The notes beneath the pieces are model-generated. The model was not told the origin of the DNA. It ran no database searches and saw only the letters and a list, made by a program, of their open reading frames with translations. Positions 1-10,072 of a stretch of 32,000 bases of DNA are shown piece after piece. The DNA is taken from NCBI GenBank assembly GCA_000091165.1, contig FP565575.1:2280001-2312000 (forward strand). The letters are read 5' to 3'. The stretch's first letter is position 1, and each line of letters begins with the position of its first letter. The position numbers and the translations under genes are program-made. Source of the stretch: Candidatus Methylomirabilis oxygeniifera. Lineage in GTDB: Bacteria; Methylomirabilota; Methylomirabilia; Methylomirabilales; Methylomirabilaceae.

Positions 1-125
1 TTCTAAGGTTTTTCCTTGACAGACTGGAGGCTAAGTTGTTAGCCTGTATGGCGCTCAGGCTATTCAAGGAATCCACCATATTGTAAGCTACGGGTATTAC
101 TTTTTCGCTTTCTCGACACACAGAG

Positions 126-1034
126 ATGATCGTGAAAAGCTCAGCAGGACAGGTGATGACGTTCCAGGAATTGATCCTCGCATTGCAGCGGTTTTATGCG
201 GAGCAGGGTTGCGTCATTCAGCAGCCGTACGACGTAGAAGTGGGCGCGGGGACGATGAATCCGGCGACCTTTCTGCGTGTACTCGGCCCTGAGCCGTGGA
301 ATGTCGCCTATGTCGAGTCGACCCGGCGCCCCGCTGATGGACGGTATGGGGAAAACCCGAATCGCCTCCAGCACTACTACCAGTACCAGGTCATCATGAA
401 GCCATCTCCTGACAACATTCAGGAGATCTACCTGGACAGCCTTCGGAGCCTTGGGATCGACCCGCTCAAGCACGATATCCGTTTCGTAGAGGACGACTGG
501 GAGTCGCCGACCCTTGGCGCCTGGGGTCTCGGTTGGGAGGTCTGGCTGGACGGCTTGGAGATTACCCAGTTCACTTACTTCCAGCAGGCTGGAGGCGTCG
601 ACCTGAAGCCGATCTCTGCAGAGTTGACCTATGGGATCGAGCGGATCGCCATGTTCCTGCAGGGAGTGGACAGCGTCTACGACCTGACGTGGGTCAAGGG
701 CGTGACCTACGGCGATATCCATCATAAGAGTGAGGTGGAGTGGTCGATCCACAACTTTGAGGAAGCCGATGTGGCGCTTCAGTTTCAGCTTTTCGACCAG
801 TATGAACGGGAAGGACTCCGCCTGATCGAGAAAGGACTGGTGCTGCCGGCATACGACTACTGCCTCAAGTCCTCTCACACGTTTAACCTCCTGGACGCCA
901 GAGGCGCCATAGGTGTCACTGAGCGGACCAGTTTCATCGGTCGCGTCAGAAACCTCGCTCGCCGCTGCGCGGAAGCCTATCTGAAGCAGCGTGAGGAGGT
1001 CGGCTTCCCACTCATGAAGGCGTGGCAGCCCTAA
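126..1034 (+). CDS. glyQ: Glycyl-tRNA synthetase alpha subunit
   Basis: 302-aa ORF with typical GlyQ sequence ([48 protein letters not shown]), directly followed by glyS. The true start may be the internal ATG at MTFQEL. Confidence 0.97.
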   Translation: MIVKSSAGQVMTFQELILALQRFYAEQGCVIQQPYDVEVGAGTMNPATFLRVLGPEPWNVAYVESTRRPADGRYGENPNRLQHYYQYQVIMKPSPDNIQEIYLDSLRSLGIDPLKHDIRFVEDDWESPTLGAWGLGWEVWLDGLEITQFTYFQQAGGVDLKPISAELTYGIERIAMFLQGVDSVYDLTWVKGVTYGDIHHKSEVEWSIHNFEEADVALQFQLFDQYEREGLRLIEKGLVLPAYDYCLKSSHTFNLLDARGAIGVTERTSFIGRVRNLARRCAEAYLKQREEVGFPLMKAWQP

Positions 1035-1055
1035 CCGCATGATGCAGGATAATTC

Positions 1056-3128
1056 TTGATGACCCAAGACCTGTTGTTTGAGATCGGTATCGAGGAGATC
1101 CCTTCCGGTTACCTGACGCCGGCGTTGAAGGATCTGGCGACACAGGCGCGTCGCCTGTTCGAAGAGCACCGCATCGCCTTTACCGGCGTGCGCACATTCG
1201 GTACGCCTCGGCGCCTCACCCTGCATGTGGAGCGGCTGGACCAGAATCAAGGCGATCTGGTTCGCGAGGTGGTTGGGCCATCCAGAGCGGCCGCGTTCGA
1301 TCAGGAAGGCCGTCCGACCAAGGCTGCGCTTGGCTTCGCAAGGGGACAGGGCGTCCCGGTGGAGCAGCTCCGCGTGAAGACACTTGATCGGGGAGAGTAT
1401 GTTGTGGCTGCCATCGTCGAGCAGGGCGCGCGTCTGGACGAGATCCTGCCGGTTGTCCTGCCCCGTCTGATCACCTCGCTCTCCTTCCCGAAGTCGATGC
1501 GATGGGGACAAGGTGCGTTTCGGTTTGTCCGTCCGATCCGGTGGCTCGTTGCCCTGTACAGTGGCCGGGTGATTCCCTTTGAAATTGACGGGGTCATAAG
1601 CGGGAATAAGACGTGCGGCCATCGATTCCTGAGCCGAGGCCAGATCCGTGTTAGAAACTTCCAGGATTATATCGAAAAGCTGGAGGAGCGGTATGTCATC
1701 GTCAACCAGCACCGTCGCCGCGAGCTGGTGACACGGTTGGCCAAGGAGGCCGCAGCCAAAGTCGGCGGGAAGCCCGTGTTTGACGATGAGTTGGTGGAGA
1801 TGGTGGCCAGTCTGGTGGAATACCCTACCGCGGTGTGCGGTGGCTTCGAACAGGAGTATCTCAGCTTACCGCGTGAGGTGATCATGACGCCCATGCGGAA
1901 GCACCAGCGCTACTTCCCGGTGACGGACGATGCCGGCAAGCTCCTCCCCTATTTCGTGACAATCTCCAACATGAAGGCAAAGGATATGGGCCTGATTCGT
2001 GCCGGCAACGAACGGGTCCTCAGGGCACGATTGAAGGATGCAGCCTTCTTTTTTACGGAGGATCGCAGACTCGAGCTTCACGAGCGAGTTCCTCAACTGA
2101 GAGGGATTACCTTTCAGGAGCGACTTGGCACCATGCTCGAAAAGGTCGGTCGGCTGACGGAACTGACCGCCTACCTGGCCGAGCAGGTTGCCCCGCACCT
2201 TGCGCATGATGCCTGTCAGGCGGCTCAGTTGTGCAAGGCCGACCTCGTGACCACGATGGTCAAGGAGTTCCCGAGCCTGCAAGGGGTCATGGGCCGTGAA
2301 TATGCGCAGCTCTCCGGGGAACCTGCCGTTGTGGCCCAGGCGATTGAGGAACACTATCTCCCTCGTTTTTCCGGCGACAGGCTCCCGGAATCACTGGTTG
2401 GCGCCCTTGTGGGTATCGCCGATCGGCTCGACACCATCTGCGGCTGCTTCGGCATCGGACTCATCCCGACCGGATCGGAAGATCCGTACGCCCTCCGGCG
2501 ACACGCGCAAGGGATCATACAGATCCTTCTCAATGCAGGTATCGATCTGCCACTCTCACAGCCGATATACAAGAGCTTGGATCTCCTCAGTGATCGCGTG
2601 ACGCTCCCGCGTGAGCGTGTCGCACAAGAGGTTATGGAGTTTCTGGCGGCCAGACTCCAGGCGATCCTGATGGAACGGGGTGTACCCGGCGATCTCGTCG
2701 AGGCTGCCCTCTCCGTCGATGCAGAACGGGTCTCAGATGCCGGTAAACGCGCCGAGGCCCTGGCCACCTTCAGACGAGAGGCCGATTTTACAGAATTGGC
2801 GGCCGCCTTCAAGCGGGTTATCAGGATCCTGCCCAAGGACTTCTCGAAGCCGGTCGATCCACGGCGATTCGTCAGCAGCGCCGAGCGGGCGCTTCATGGC
2901 GAAGCAGCCACATTGCGGGCCGAAACGGAACCCCTTATGCAATCGGGCGACTATGTGCGCGCTCTGCAGCTCATCGCCGCGATCCGCCCTATTGTGGATA
3001 TGTTCTTCGAAGAGGTTCTGGTGATGGTGGAGGATCGGGACCTGCAGGACAACCGTTTGGCCATTCTGAAGGAGGTTGCAGACCTGTTTTGCGGGATTGC
3101 GAATTTCAGCAAGATTATGGCTTCGTAA
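1056..3128 (+). CDS. glyS: Glycyl-tRNA synthetase beta subunit
   Basis: 690-aa ORF beginning DLLFEIGIEEIPSGYLTPAL, with HRFLSRGQI and MRKHQRYFPV motifs; 21 nt downstream of glyQ. Confidence 0.97.
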   Translation: MMTQDLLFEIGIEEIPSGYLTPALKDLATQARRLFEEHRIAFTGVRTFGTPRRLTLHVERLDQNQGDLVREVVGPSRAAAFDQEGRPTKAALGFARGQGVPVEQLRVKTLDRGEYVVAAIVEQGARLDEILPVVLPRLITSLSFPKSMRWGQGAFRFVRPIRWLVALYSGRVIPFEIDGVISGNKTCGHRFLSRGQIRVRNFQDYIEKLEERYVIVNQHRRRELVTRLAKEAAAKVGGKPVFDDELVEMVASLVEYPTAVCGGFEQEYLSLPREVIMTPMRKHQRYFPVTDDAGKLLPYFVTISNMKAKDMGLIRAGNERVLRARLKDAAFFFTEDRRLELHERVPQLRGITFQERLGTMLEKVGRLTELTAYLAEQVAPHLAHDACQAAQLCKADLVTTMVKEFPSLQGVMGREYAQLSGEPAVVAQAIEEHYLPRFSGDRLPESLVGALVGIADRLDTICGCFGIGLIPTGSEDPYALRRHAQGIIQILLNAGIDLPLSQPIYKSLDLLSDRVTLPRERVAQEVMEFLAARLQAILMERGVPGDLVEAALSVDAERVSDAGKRAEALATFRREADFTELAAAFKRVIRILPKDFSKPVDPRRFVSSAERALHGEAATLRAETEPLMQSGDYVRALQLIAAIRPIVDMFFEEVLVMVEDRDLQDNRLAILKEVADLFCGIANFSKIMAS

Positions 3129-3196
3129 GCCTTTAGCCCTCAACGCGTTCGTTGCGTTTATTGGGTTCGTTGCGTTCGGCGTATTGTGATCTTCGC

Positions 3197-3227
3197 TGCA
3201 CGCTATACGCTATACGCTGCACGCTCA
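3197..3227 (+). repeat. Heptamer tandem array (CT(A/G)(T/C)ACG)
   Basis: CTGCACG CTATACG CTATACG CTGCACG CTC between glyS and pyrE. Confidence 0.8.
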
Positions 3228-3239
3228 TTGTGAGGGGTA

Positions 3240-3893
3240 TTGATGAACGCAGAGATCTTGGAGCGGATCAACCGGGGTATCATCCTCAGGACCGGGGCGT
3301 ATCTGACAAACGATCACTTCGTCCTGCCCTCCGGTCGCCACACCCAGGAGTATGTGGAGAAGGCGTTGGCCACCACCGAGCCGGCCTTTACGGAAGGGCT
3401 GGGAGACGTGATTGCAAAACATTTCGCGGAAGAGCCGATCGATCTGATCCTGACTACCGGCTACGGTGCCTCGCTGCTGGGCCATTGTGTGGCGCGCGCC
3501 CATCCGTTGCGACCTCGCTTCATCTATGCCAACAAGCAACGCAACGACTCCGGCGTCAGTCAGGTCACGCTTCCGAGGGAATTCCGACAGTATTTTGTCG
3601 GCAACCCCAGGGTGCTGATCGTCGAAGACATTATGACCACCGGTGAGACGGTCAAGGGGCTCATTAAGCTCGTCAAATCATTGGGCGGAACGGTGAGCGG
3701 GATCGGGACGCTCTGGCGACGAATGCGAAAAGTGAATTTCAAATTCCCCTTTTTTACGCTGGTCGATCGGGAATTCCCCACATACACCCCGAAGGACTGC
3801 CCGATGTGTCGCAGAGGGATGCCGATCAATCAGGAGTTTCTAACAGTGCCCAGCCGGCAGAAGTCTCGTCGAGTCAGGGCTGGGGCTCGCTGA
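3240..3893 (+). CDS. pyrE: Orotate phosphoribosyltransferase / PRTase family
   Basis: ORF with PRPP-binding motif VLIVEDIMTTGETV and a C-terminal CPMCRRGMPINQEF segment. Confidence 0.85.
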   Translation: MMNAEILERINRGIILRTGAYLTNDHFVLPSGRHTQEYVEKALATTEPAFTEGLGDVIAKHFAEEPIDLILTTGYGASLLGHCVARAHPLRPRFIYANKQRNDSGVSQVTLPREFRQYFVGNPRVLIVEDIMTTGETVKGLIKLVKSLGGTVSGIGTLWRRMRKVNFKFPFFTLVDREFPTYTPKDCPMCRRGMPINQEFLTVPSRQKSRRVRAGAR

Positions 3894-4358
3894 CGGTCGT
3901 GCCCAGAACCCGCAATGCTGCCAGGCGCTTTCCGACCGTGGAAACCGCGACCGTCGAGTGGGACGAGTGCCGCCCCTCCGGAGAAGGACCTCCGACAGAA
4001 GGCGGCGCCTTCTCACATTCAATGCAAGCGGCAGGCGGAGCATTCGAGCCCTTGCTTCCCTGTTCAAACCTCGACTGTCAAGACGGCGGGTTCGAGATCC
4101 TGGAAGCACTGGAATGGATGATCAGCAACCGGCGCACGGAGAAGACCGGGCTACTGGTCTGTATCGGGTGGGAACGTACAAAGGGCAGGCAGACAGAACC
4201 ATCGCCATGTACGCGGGCGATCAGCTATCAAATCAAACTGATCTATCGGAAGATCGACCGTGCCAGGACCCAACCAAAAAGAACGCACAAGGATAAAGAT
4301 GTGGTGAGGATACATGAGGCATAACGTCCACGTCACTCGCACCCAAGAGGAGACCTGT

Positions 4359-5087
4359 ATGATCAGCGGATTGAGGCGGATACCGGCGTATATCTGGCTG
4401 GCTATGTTCGCAATCCTGTCACCTGCCATATCATGGGCTGAGATCCTCCCTCAAGAGGCAGTGACGCTGGGGCGAGAGACTGAACTCATTGCGGTCCGCA
4501 CCCTCGCTTTCGCCGGCACAGAGGGCCCACCGGCAGCGGCAAGCGGGCAAAAACCAACCTTCCACCCCGAAGAAGGATTCCAATCGGGAACGTGGCATTT
4601 GGGCGTCAAGACCGGCGGTACCGACACTGTCAAGATTTTTGCGGGTAGGCACCCCGATGTTCAATTTGTCCCGGTCTTCTTCCAGATCGGCTATACGGTC
4701 ACCGATGTCCATGGCCCGTTCCCGGTTCGCGGGAGCCTGGAAGTCATCTTTGAGCCGACCCTCCTCATCACAACAAACCCGGAAACAGAGGTTGGAGGGG
4801 GCGCAAGCCTCCTCTTCCGCTATAATTTCGTAACGGGCACTCGGTGGGTGCCGTTCTTCGAGGTCGGCATCGGTATCCTCGACGCGGATCTGAACGTCCC
4901 ACGGGACCTCAACAGCCGGCTCAACTTTACCATTCTGGGCGGACCTGGAATCAATTACTTCCTGACCGATAACCTGGCTATTCTGGGACAAGTTGGTTTA
5001 CACCATATCTCGAATGCCGGCCGCAAAAGCCCGAACGTCGGCGTCAATTCGGTCATGGGTCTGCTGGGGGTCTCGTACTATTTCTAG
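4359..5087 (+). CDS. Outer-membrane acyloxyacyl hydrolase / PagL-like lipid A 3-O-deacylase family protein
   Basis: Signal peptide (MISGLRRIPAYIWLAMFAILSPAISWA); C-terminal FEVGIGILDADL...GLHHISNAGRKSPNVGVNS...LLGVSYYF resembles the PagL H-x-S-N region and ends in a beta-barrel-like aromatic residue. Confidence 0.75.
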   Translation: MISGLRRIPAYIWLAMFAILSPAISWAEILPQEAVTLGRETELIAVRTLAFAGTEGPPAAASGQKPTFHPEEGFQSGTWHLGVKTGGTDTVKIFAGRHPDVQFVPVFFQIGYTVTDVHGPFPVRGSLEVIFEPTLLITTNPETEVGGGASLLFRYNFVTGTRWVPFFEVGIGILDADLNVPRDLNSRLNFTILGGPGINYFLTDNLAILGQVGLHHISNAGRKSPNVGVNSVMGLLGVSYYF

Positions 5088-5157
5088 AACAAGCTCTCAG
5101 CAGTCAGCTAGACATCAGAAAAGCTGAGAGCTGGCTGCTGAGCGATTCCCCCACGCG

Positions 5158-5529
5158 TTACTCTTTGCTGCCGCCGCGAACCCATTTGTTTGGTGTGCCG
5201 TCAAGAGGAGAGCTCTCGTCCGGTCGCCAGAGCACCGACTGCTCGATCTGCCTGGCAAGGGTAAAGTCCTTTTCGGTGATCCCACCGGCGGCGTGGGTCC
5301 TCAGCTTCACCCAGACCTTGCCCCATGTGACCTCCAGGTCCGGGTGATGCCAAGCGGCCTCGGCCAGGTAGGCAATCGTGTTGACCAACATCAGAGTGGT
5401 CGGCCAGCCGTCGGTGTTGAATTTTCTCCTGATCCATCGCCCCTCCAGATACCACCCCGGCAGCTCTTGCTTCAGGCGTTCGGCCACTTCCTCGTCCGGA
5501 AGGGCCGGATACTCTTTGGCTGTTGACAT
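5158..5529 (-). CDS. 4a-hydroxytetrahydrobiopterin dehydratase (pterin-4a-carbinolamine dehydratase)
   Basis: Short ORF with WxxxGRWIRRKFNTDGWPTTLMLVNTIAYLAEAAWHHPDLEVTWGKVWVKLRTH, the typical DCoH/PCD pattern. Confidence 0.9.
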   Translation of the reverse strand: MSTAKEYPALPDEEVAERLKQELPGWYLEGRWIRRKFNTDGWPTTLMLVNTIAYLAEAAWHHPDLEVTWGKVWVKLRTHAAGGITEKDFTLARQIEQSVLWRPDESSPLDGTPNKWVRGGSKE

Positions 5530-5691
5530 GGCCTCGCTCCTTTTTCCTCAATCAATGACGTGCTCGCCTCTTATTCGAAATGTACGGTAGGAATTTACAT
5601 CGGGCAAGCGAATTCTGAGGCCGGGATCGGGTCGACAATTGATGAGCAGGAGGACGTCTCTCCGGGATGGTAATCCCCCACGAAAAGAAAA

Positions 5692-5719
5692 ACGCCCCAG
5701 CGATAGGATGCTGAGGCGT
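5692..5719 (-). terminator. Rho-independent terminator downstream of glpX
   Basis: Arms ACGCCCCAGC (5692-5701) and GCTGAGGCGT (5710-5719), one mismatch. On the minus strand it is followed by TTTTTCTTTT; on the plus strand CCGCTTTTTT follows, so it may act in both directions. Confidence 0.75.
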
Positions 5720-5766
5720 CCGCTTTTTTGTTATGTGCGTCTGAGCGGGCCTGGAACTACCCTCTC

Positions 5767-6780
5767 CTAATGGTGTATCTGCTTATGCTTTACACCTTCG
5801 TAGCGGGTTCCGGCGATCTCTTTGAGGCGTTTCAGATCGTGCCTTGCCTCCATCCATCGTATCCCTCCGGAGACCGAGCGCATCATGAGGGAGGTTGTTC
5901 GCGCGTAACCTCCAGTATAGCGAACCCCTCGGAGCAACTCGCCGTCCGTGATACCCGTGATAGCCACGAACACATTGCTTCCCTTACAGAGGTCATCGGC
6001 AGTTAAGATGCGATCCAAATCGTGACCCTCCGCCTCGAGGATCTGCCGTTCTTGTTCATCTCTCGGCCAGAACCTGCATTGCATCTGACCGCCAAGACAC
6101 TTCAACGCGCAGGCAATGAGTACCGCCTCCGGAGAACCCCCGGTTCCCATAAGCACATCGATCCCCGTGTCTTCCTCCATTGCCGCCATCACGCCTGGGG
6201 CAACGTCCCCCTCACTGATCAGTTTGATCCGGGCTCCAGCCTCTTTCACCTCTTTAATGAGGCGCTCGTGGCGTGGTCGGTCAAGTATGACCACCGTCAG
6301 GTCATCAACCTCCCGGCCCTCAGCCTGAGCAATCCGTTGCAGATTCTCTTTGACGGGCGCGTTGATGTTGATGGCGCCGGCGGCCCGAGGCCCGACAACA
6401 ATCTTATCCATGTAGGCAAGCTGCGTGGAAAACAGCGTATTCCGATCGGCAAGCGCAGCCACAGAGATCGCGCCCGGTCGGCCGTTGGCGAGGAGCGTGA
6501 CCCCGTCAACCGGATCTACGGCGACATCAAGAGCCGGAGCGGAGCCTGTGCCGACCCGCTCTCCCACCTGCAGCAGGGAGGCCTGACCTTTCTGCTCCTC
6601 ACCAATCACCACCGTACCGTCGATCTCGAACGAGCTCAAGGCATAGCGCATCGCGTCAACGGCGGCCTGATCAGCGGCGTCACGGTCGCGTCTGCCCATC
6701 AGTCGAGCCGCCGCCAAAGCGGCAGCCTCTGTGACCCTGCTGAGCTCGAGAGCCAGGTTCCGATCCATTAGCTCGGTCAT
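5767..6780 (-). CDS. glpX: Fructose-1,6-bisphosphatase class II (GlpX type)
   Basis: MTELMDRNLALELSRVTEAAALAAARLMGRRDRDAADQAAVDAMR..., DPVDG, GTGGSPEAVL. The track ORF extends to 6972, but the homologous start is the ATG at 6780; the extension reads intergenic repeats. Confidence 0.95.
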   Translation of the reverse strand: MTELMDRNLALELSRVTEAAALAAARLMGRRDRDAADQAAVDAMRYALSSFEIDGTVVIGEEQKGQASLLQVGERVGTGSAPALDVAVDPVDGVTLLANGRPGAISVAALADRNTLFSTQLAYMDKIVVGPRAAGAININAPVKENLQRIAQAEGREVDDLTVVILDRPRHERLIKEVKEAGARIKLISEGDVAPGVMAAMEEDTGIDVLMGTGGSPEAVLIACALKCLGGQMQCRFWPRDEQERQILEAEGHDLDRILTADDLCKGSNVFVAITGITDGELLRGVRYTGGYARTTSLMMRSVSGGIRWMEARHDLKRLKEIAGTRYEGVKHKQIHH

Positions 6781-6805
6781 AGTATGGTTTCCCTCCCCTG
6801 AAGAA

Positions 6806-6876
6806 GGGTGGAGGGTAGAGGGTTGAGATCTATTTTTCTTCTGGCCTTTACCCTTTACCCTAAACCCTATACCCTG
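6806..6876. repeat. Two opposed heptamer arrays between tkt and glpX
   Basis: GGGTGGA GGGTAGA GGGTTGA (6806-6826), then CCCTTTA CCCTAAA CCCTATA CCCTG (6851-6876). Confidence 0.85.
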
Positions 6877-6880
6877 TTTT

Positions 6881-8902
6881 TTATGCCAGGAGTTCCATGG
6901 CTCTGGATACGACATGCTCGGTCGTAAAGCCGAATTGCTGCAAGAGGACCTGATACGGGGCTGAGGCTCCAAAGCGTGTCATGCCGATCACCCCTCCGCG
7001 CAGACCGACGTAACGGTGCCAACCGTGAGGAGAGCCCGTCTCAATGGCCAGACGGGCGGTTACCGCCGGGGGAAGCACCTCGTCCCGATACGCCTCCGGC
7101 TGCCGATCAAATAGTTCCCAGCTCGGCATGCTGACAACGCGAGCCGGGATGCCTTGGTCGACCAGTCGTCCCCACGCCTCCAGGGCCAGGGACACCTCCG
7201 ACCCGGTCGCGATAAGAATGACGCGCGGATGACCCTGATCGGCATCGGCCAGGATATAGGCTCCCTTCAAAAGCAGTTCGGCAGGCGGGAATTTCGTCCG
7301 GTCGAGAGTCGGGAGCTTCTGCCTGGTCAGCGCCAGCACCACCGGTCCGCTACGGTGTTCCAGGGCGGCGCGCCAGGCGACCGCTGTTTCTGTTGCGTCG
7401 GCAGGGCGGATGACCGTAAGGTTGGGTATGGCCCGGAGCGACGACAAATGCTCAATCGGCTGGTGGGTAGGGCCATCTTCGCCCAAACCGATACTGTCAT
7501 GGGTAAAGACATAGATCACATGGATATGCGACAGCGCCGCCACCCGGATCGCGGGGCGCACGTAGTCGGAAAAGACGAGGAAGGTACCCCCATACGGGAT
7601 CACCCCCTGGTGCAGTGCCATACCGTTGAGAATCGAACCCATCGCGTGCTCTCGAACGCCAAAGTGAAAGTTCCGGCCCCCGGGGCTTGACCTCTGAAAG
7701 TCGCCGCCTCCCTTCAGGTAGGTATTGTTCGACGGGGTCAAGTCGGCTGAGCCGCCGATGAGGGTCGGCAGGGATGAGGCAATCGCATTGAGCACCTTGC
7801 CGGAGGCCTCACGGGTCGCGAGGCCTCCGCCGGCAGGGGTGAAGATCGGGATCTTCTCGGCCCAACCCTCGGGGAGCTGCCCACTCATCACCCTGTTCCA
7901 TTCGTTTGCGAGTTCGGGATACGCGGCAGCGTAGGCATCGAATTTGGTTTGCCACTCTGCTTCCCGGGTACGACCTCGCTGCAGGGCCTCTCGAAAGTGA
8001 GCCAGCGCCTCATCAGGGATATAGAACGTGGGCTCAAGCGGCCAGCCCAACGCCTCCTTGGTCAGTCGTATCTCCTCATCTCCCAGAGGCGACCCGTGGG
8101 CCTCCGACGTATCCTGCTTATTCGGGCTGCCATAGGCGATATGAGTCCTGGCCATGATGAGCGATGGGCGATCAGATTCGGCCTGAGCCGCACTGATCGC
8201 AGCCTCGATCCCCTTCACGTCGTTGCCGTCTACGCGCTGGACATGCCACCCGTAGGCCTCAAAGCGTTGTCCGACATTTTCAGTAAAGGCCATGTCGGTG
8301 CTGCCGTCAATGGTAATCCGGTTGTCGTCGTACAGGTAGATAAGCTTGCCCAAGCCAAGATGACCGGCAAGCGAGGCCGCCTCAGAGGTGATTCCTTCCA
8401 TAAGGTCGCCGTCGCTCACGATGGCATAGGTGTAGTGGTCAACAATCGGGTAACCCGATCGGTTGAAGTGATGTGCTAGAAATCGCTCGGCGATCGCCAT
8501 CCCGACGCCGTTGCCGAAACCCTGGCCAAGTGGACCGGTCGTCGTCTCCACGCCAGGTGTCATACCATGTTCCGAATGCCCTGGGGTTCGGCTACCCCAC
8601 TGGCGGAACTGCTTCAATTCATCAAGGGAGAGGTCGTAGCCGGTCAGATGAAGGAGACAATACAGCAGCATGCAACCATGACCAGGCGACAGAATAAATC
8701 GATCGCGATTCGGCCATGACGGATCGGTCGGATTATGGCTGAGCGCGCGCGTCCAAAGAGTGTAGGCCATGGCGGCGGCCCCCATCGGCAGCCCAGGATG
8801 CCCGGAGTTCGCCTTCTGAACCCCGTCCATAGCCAGCGTTCTAATGGTATTGATGCACAACTGGTCGAGCGTTTCCTGAACGTTTTTCACTGATCCCCCC
8901 AT
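6881..8902 (-). CDS. tkt: Transketolase
   Basis: 673-aa ORF with [38 protein letters not shown] and the FREHAMG-like [12 protein letters not shown] motif. Start could be GTG at 8890. Confidence 0.97.
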   Translation of the reverse strand: MGGSVKNVQETLDQLCINTIRTLAMDGVQKANSGHPGLPMGAAAMAYTLWTRALSHNPTDPSWPNRDRFILSPGHGCMLLYCLLHLTGYDLSLDELKQFRQWGSRTPGHSEHGMTPGVETTTGPLGQGFGNGVGMAIAERFLAHHFNRSGYPIVDHYTYAIVSDGDLMEGITSEAASLAGHLGLGKLIYLYDDNRITIDGSTDMAFTENVGQRFEAYGWHVQRVDGNDVKGIEAAISAAQAESDRPSLIMARTHIAYGSPNKQDTSEAHGSPLGDEEIRLTKEALGWPLEPTFYIPDEALAHFREALQRGRTREAEWQTKFDAYAAAYPELANEWNRVMSGQLPEGWAEKIPIFTPAGGGLATREASGKVLNAIASSLPTLIGGSADLTPSNNTYLKGGGDFQRSSPGGRNFHFGVREHAMGSILNGMALHQGVIPYGGTFLVFSDYVRPAIRVAALSHIHVIYVFTHDSIGLGEDGPTHQPIEHLSSLRAIPNLTVIRPADATETAVAWRAALEHRSGPVVLALTRQKLPTLDRTKFPPAELLLKGAYILADADQGHPRVILIATGSEVSLALEAWGRLVDQGIPARVVSMPSWELFDRQPEAYRDEVLPPAVTARLAIETGSPHGWHRYVGLRGGVIGMTRFGASAPYQVLLQQFGFTTEHVVSRAMELLA

Positions 8903-8908
8903 TTTTAG

Positions 8909-9010
8909 AGTGTAGGGGGTAGGGTGTAGGGTGTACCGATATCTCAGTTTCTTACCTTCACCCTCTACCCTATACCCTGTCTTTGCCTATACCTTCACCC
9001 CTCACCCTTA
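8909..9010. repeat. Two opposed heptamer arrays between gap and tkt
   Basis: GTGTAGG GGGTAGG GTGTAGG GTGTACC, then TTCACCC TCTACCC TATACCC TG, plus further TTCACCCCTCACCC. Confidence 0.8.
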
Positions 9011-10069
9011 TTATGACGGCCGTGCGTCTTTTTTGACGCCCCAGAGCCGTTGCTGATCACGCTTGAGATCCTGAGCAGCCACGTACGCAGCCAGATCGGC
9101 CATCCGACACGAATATCCCCACTCATTGTCATACCACGCCACGACCTTCACAATCCGGTCCTTCAGGACCAGCGTCATAAGGGCGTCCACGATGGAAGAA
9201 TGCGGATTACCCTTGAAGTCCATTGAGACCAGCGGCCGATCGCACACCTCCAGGATCCCGCGCAGCCGTCCCGTAGTCGCGGTTCGGAACGCGGCATTCA
9301 CCGTTTCAGGGGTAACGTCACAACCAAGCTCCGCAACAAGATCGATCACGGATACCGTGGGCGTCGGTACCCGGTAGGCCATCCCGTTGAAGCGACCGGC
9401 CAGCTCCGGGATCACCTTGACGAGCGCTCTGGCAGCACCGGTGTCGGTCGGGATGATATTGAGGGCGGCAGCCCTCGATTCCCTCACGTCTTCCGCCCCG
9501 CGATCATGAATCGCCTGCGAATTGGTATAGCTGTGCACCGTGCTCATGAACCCCCATTGGATGCCAAACGCATCAAGAAGGACCTTCGCGACCGGCGCCA
9601 GGCAGTTGGTTGTGCACGACCCATTTGAGATAATCTGGTGTTGTCCCGGATCGTATCGTTCTTCATTAACCCCCATCACGACCGTCAGATCGTCATTCTT
9701 CCCTGGGGCGGAGATCAGCACCCGTTTCGCCCCCGCCGCGAGATGTTTTTCGGCCTCCGGGCGGGCGGTCCCGCGGCCGCTGCACTCCAGTACGATGTCG
9801 GCGCCCACATCCGACCAGTTGAGCTTGGTCCAATCGCGTTCGCGGAAGACCGTAATCCGTTTTCCATCGACCCGCATACTGCCTTCATCGCTCTCGACCT
9901 TTGCAGGAAAGGCCCCGTAGTTCGAGTCGAATTCCAGTAACAAAGCGTCCGTGCGGGCGCCGGCCGGATCGTTGATGGCCACCAGATCGAGCGCACCCTT
10001 CTGCTCCCACGCCGCTCGAAATGCCAGCCGGCCGATTCGTCCGAAGCCGTTGATCGCGATCCTTACCAT
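9011..10069 (-). CDS. gap: Glyceraldehyde-3-phosphate dehydrogenase, type I
   Basis: MVRIAINGFGRIGRLAFRAA, SNGSCTTNCLAP catalytic Cys motif, SWYDNEWGYS-like WYDNEWGYSCRM. Confidence 0.97.
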   Translation of the reverse strand: MVRIAINGFGRIGRLAFRAAWEQKGALDLVAINDPAGARTDALLLEFDSNYGAFPAKVESDEGSMRVDGKRITVFRERDWTKLNWSDVGADIVLECSGRGTARPEAEKHLAAGAKRVLISAPGKNDDLTVVMGVNEERYDPGQHQIISNGSCTTNCLAPVAKVLLDAFGIQWGFMSTVHSYTNSQAIHDRGAEDVRESRAAALNIIPTDTGAARALVKVIPELAGRFNGMAYRVPTPTVSVIDLVAELGCDVTPETVNAAFRTATTGRLRGILEVCDRPLVSMDFKGNPHSSIVDALMTLVLKDRIVKVVAWYDNEWGYSCRMADLAAYVAAQDLKRDQQRLWGVKKDARPS

Positions 10070-10072
10070 CGG

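Noticed and set aside
141-1712. 523-aa minus-strand ORF opposite glyQ/glyS
   Set aside because: It lies antisense to two certain tRNA synthetase genes in high-GC DNA, and its composition is typical of a shadow ORF.
6806-6876. CRISPR array
   Set aside because: The unit is 7 bp with no spacers, so these are direct tandem repeats and not repeat-spacer units. No cas genes were seen anywhere in the window.
6851-6876. Telomere-like CCCTAAA repeats
   Set aside because: Short, degenerate and internal to a bacterial operon; better explained as one member of the heptamer array family.
5767-6972. 401-aa version of GlpX starting at 6972
   Set aside because: The first 64 residues translate the heptamer repeat region and the end of tkt; homology begins at MTELMDRN (6780).
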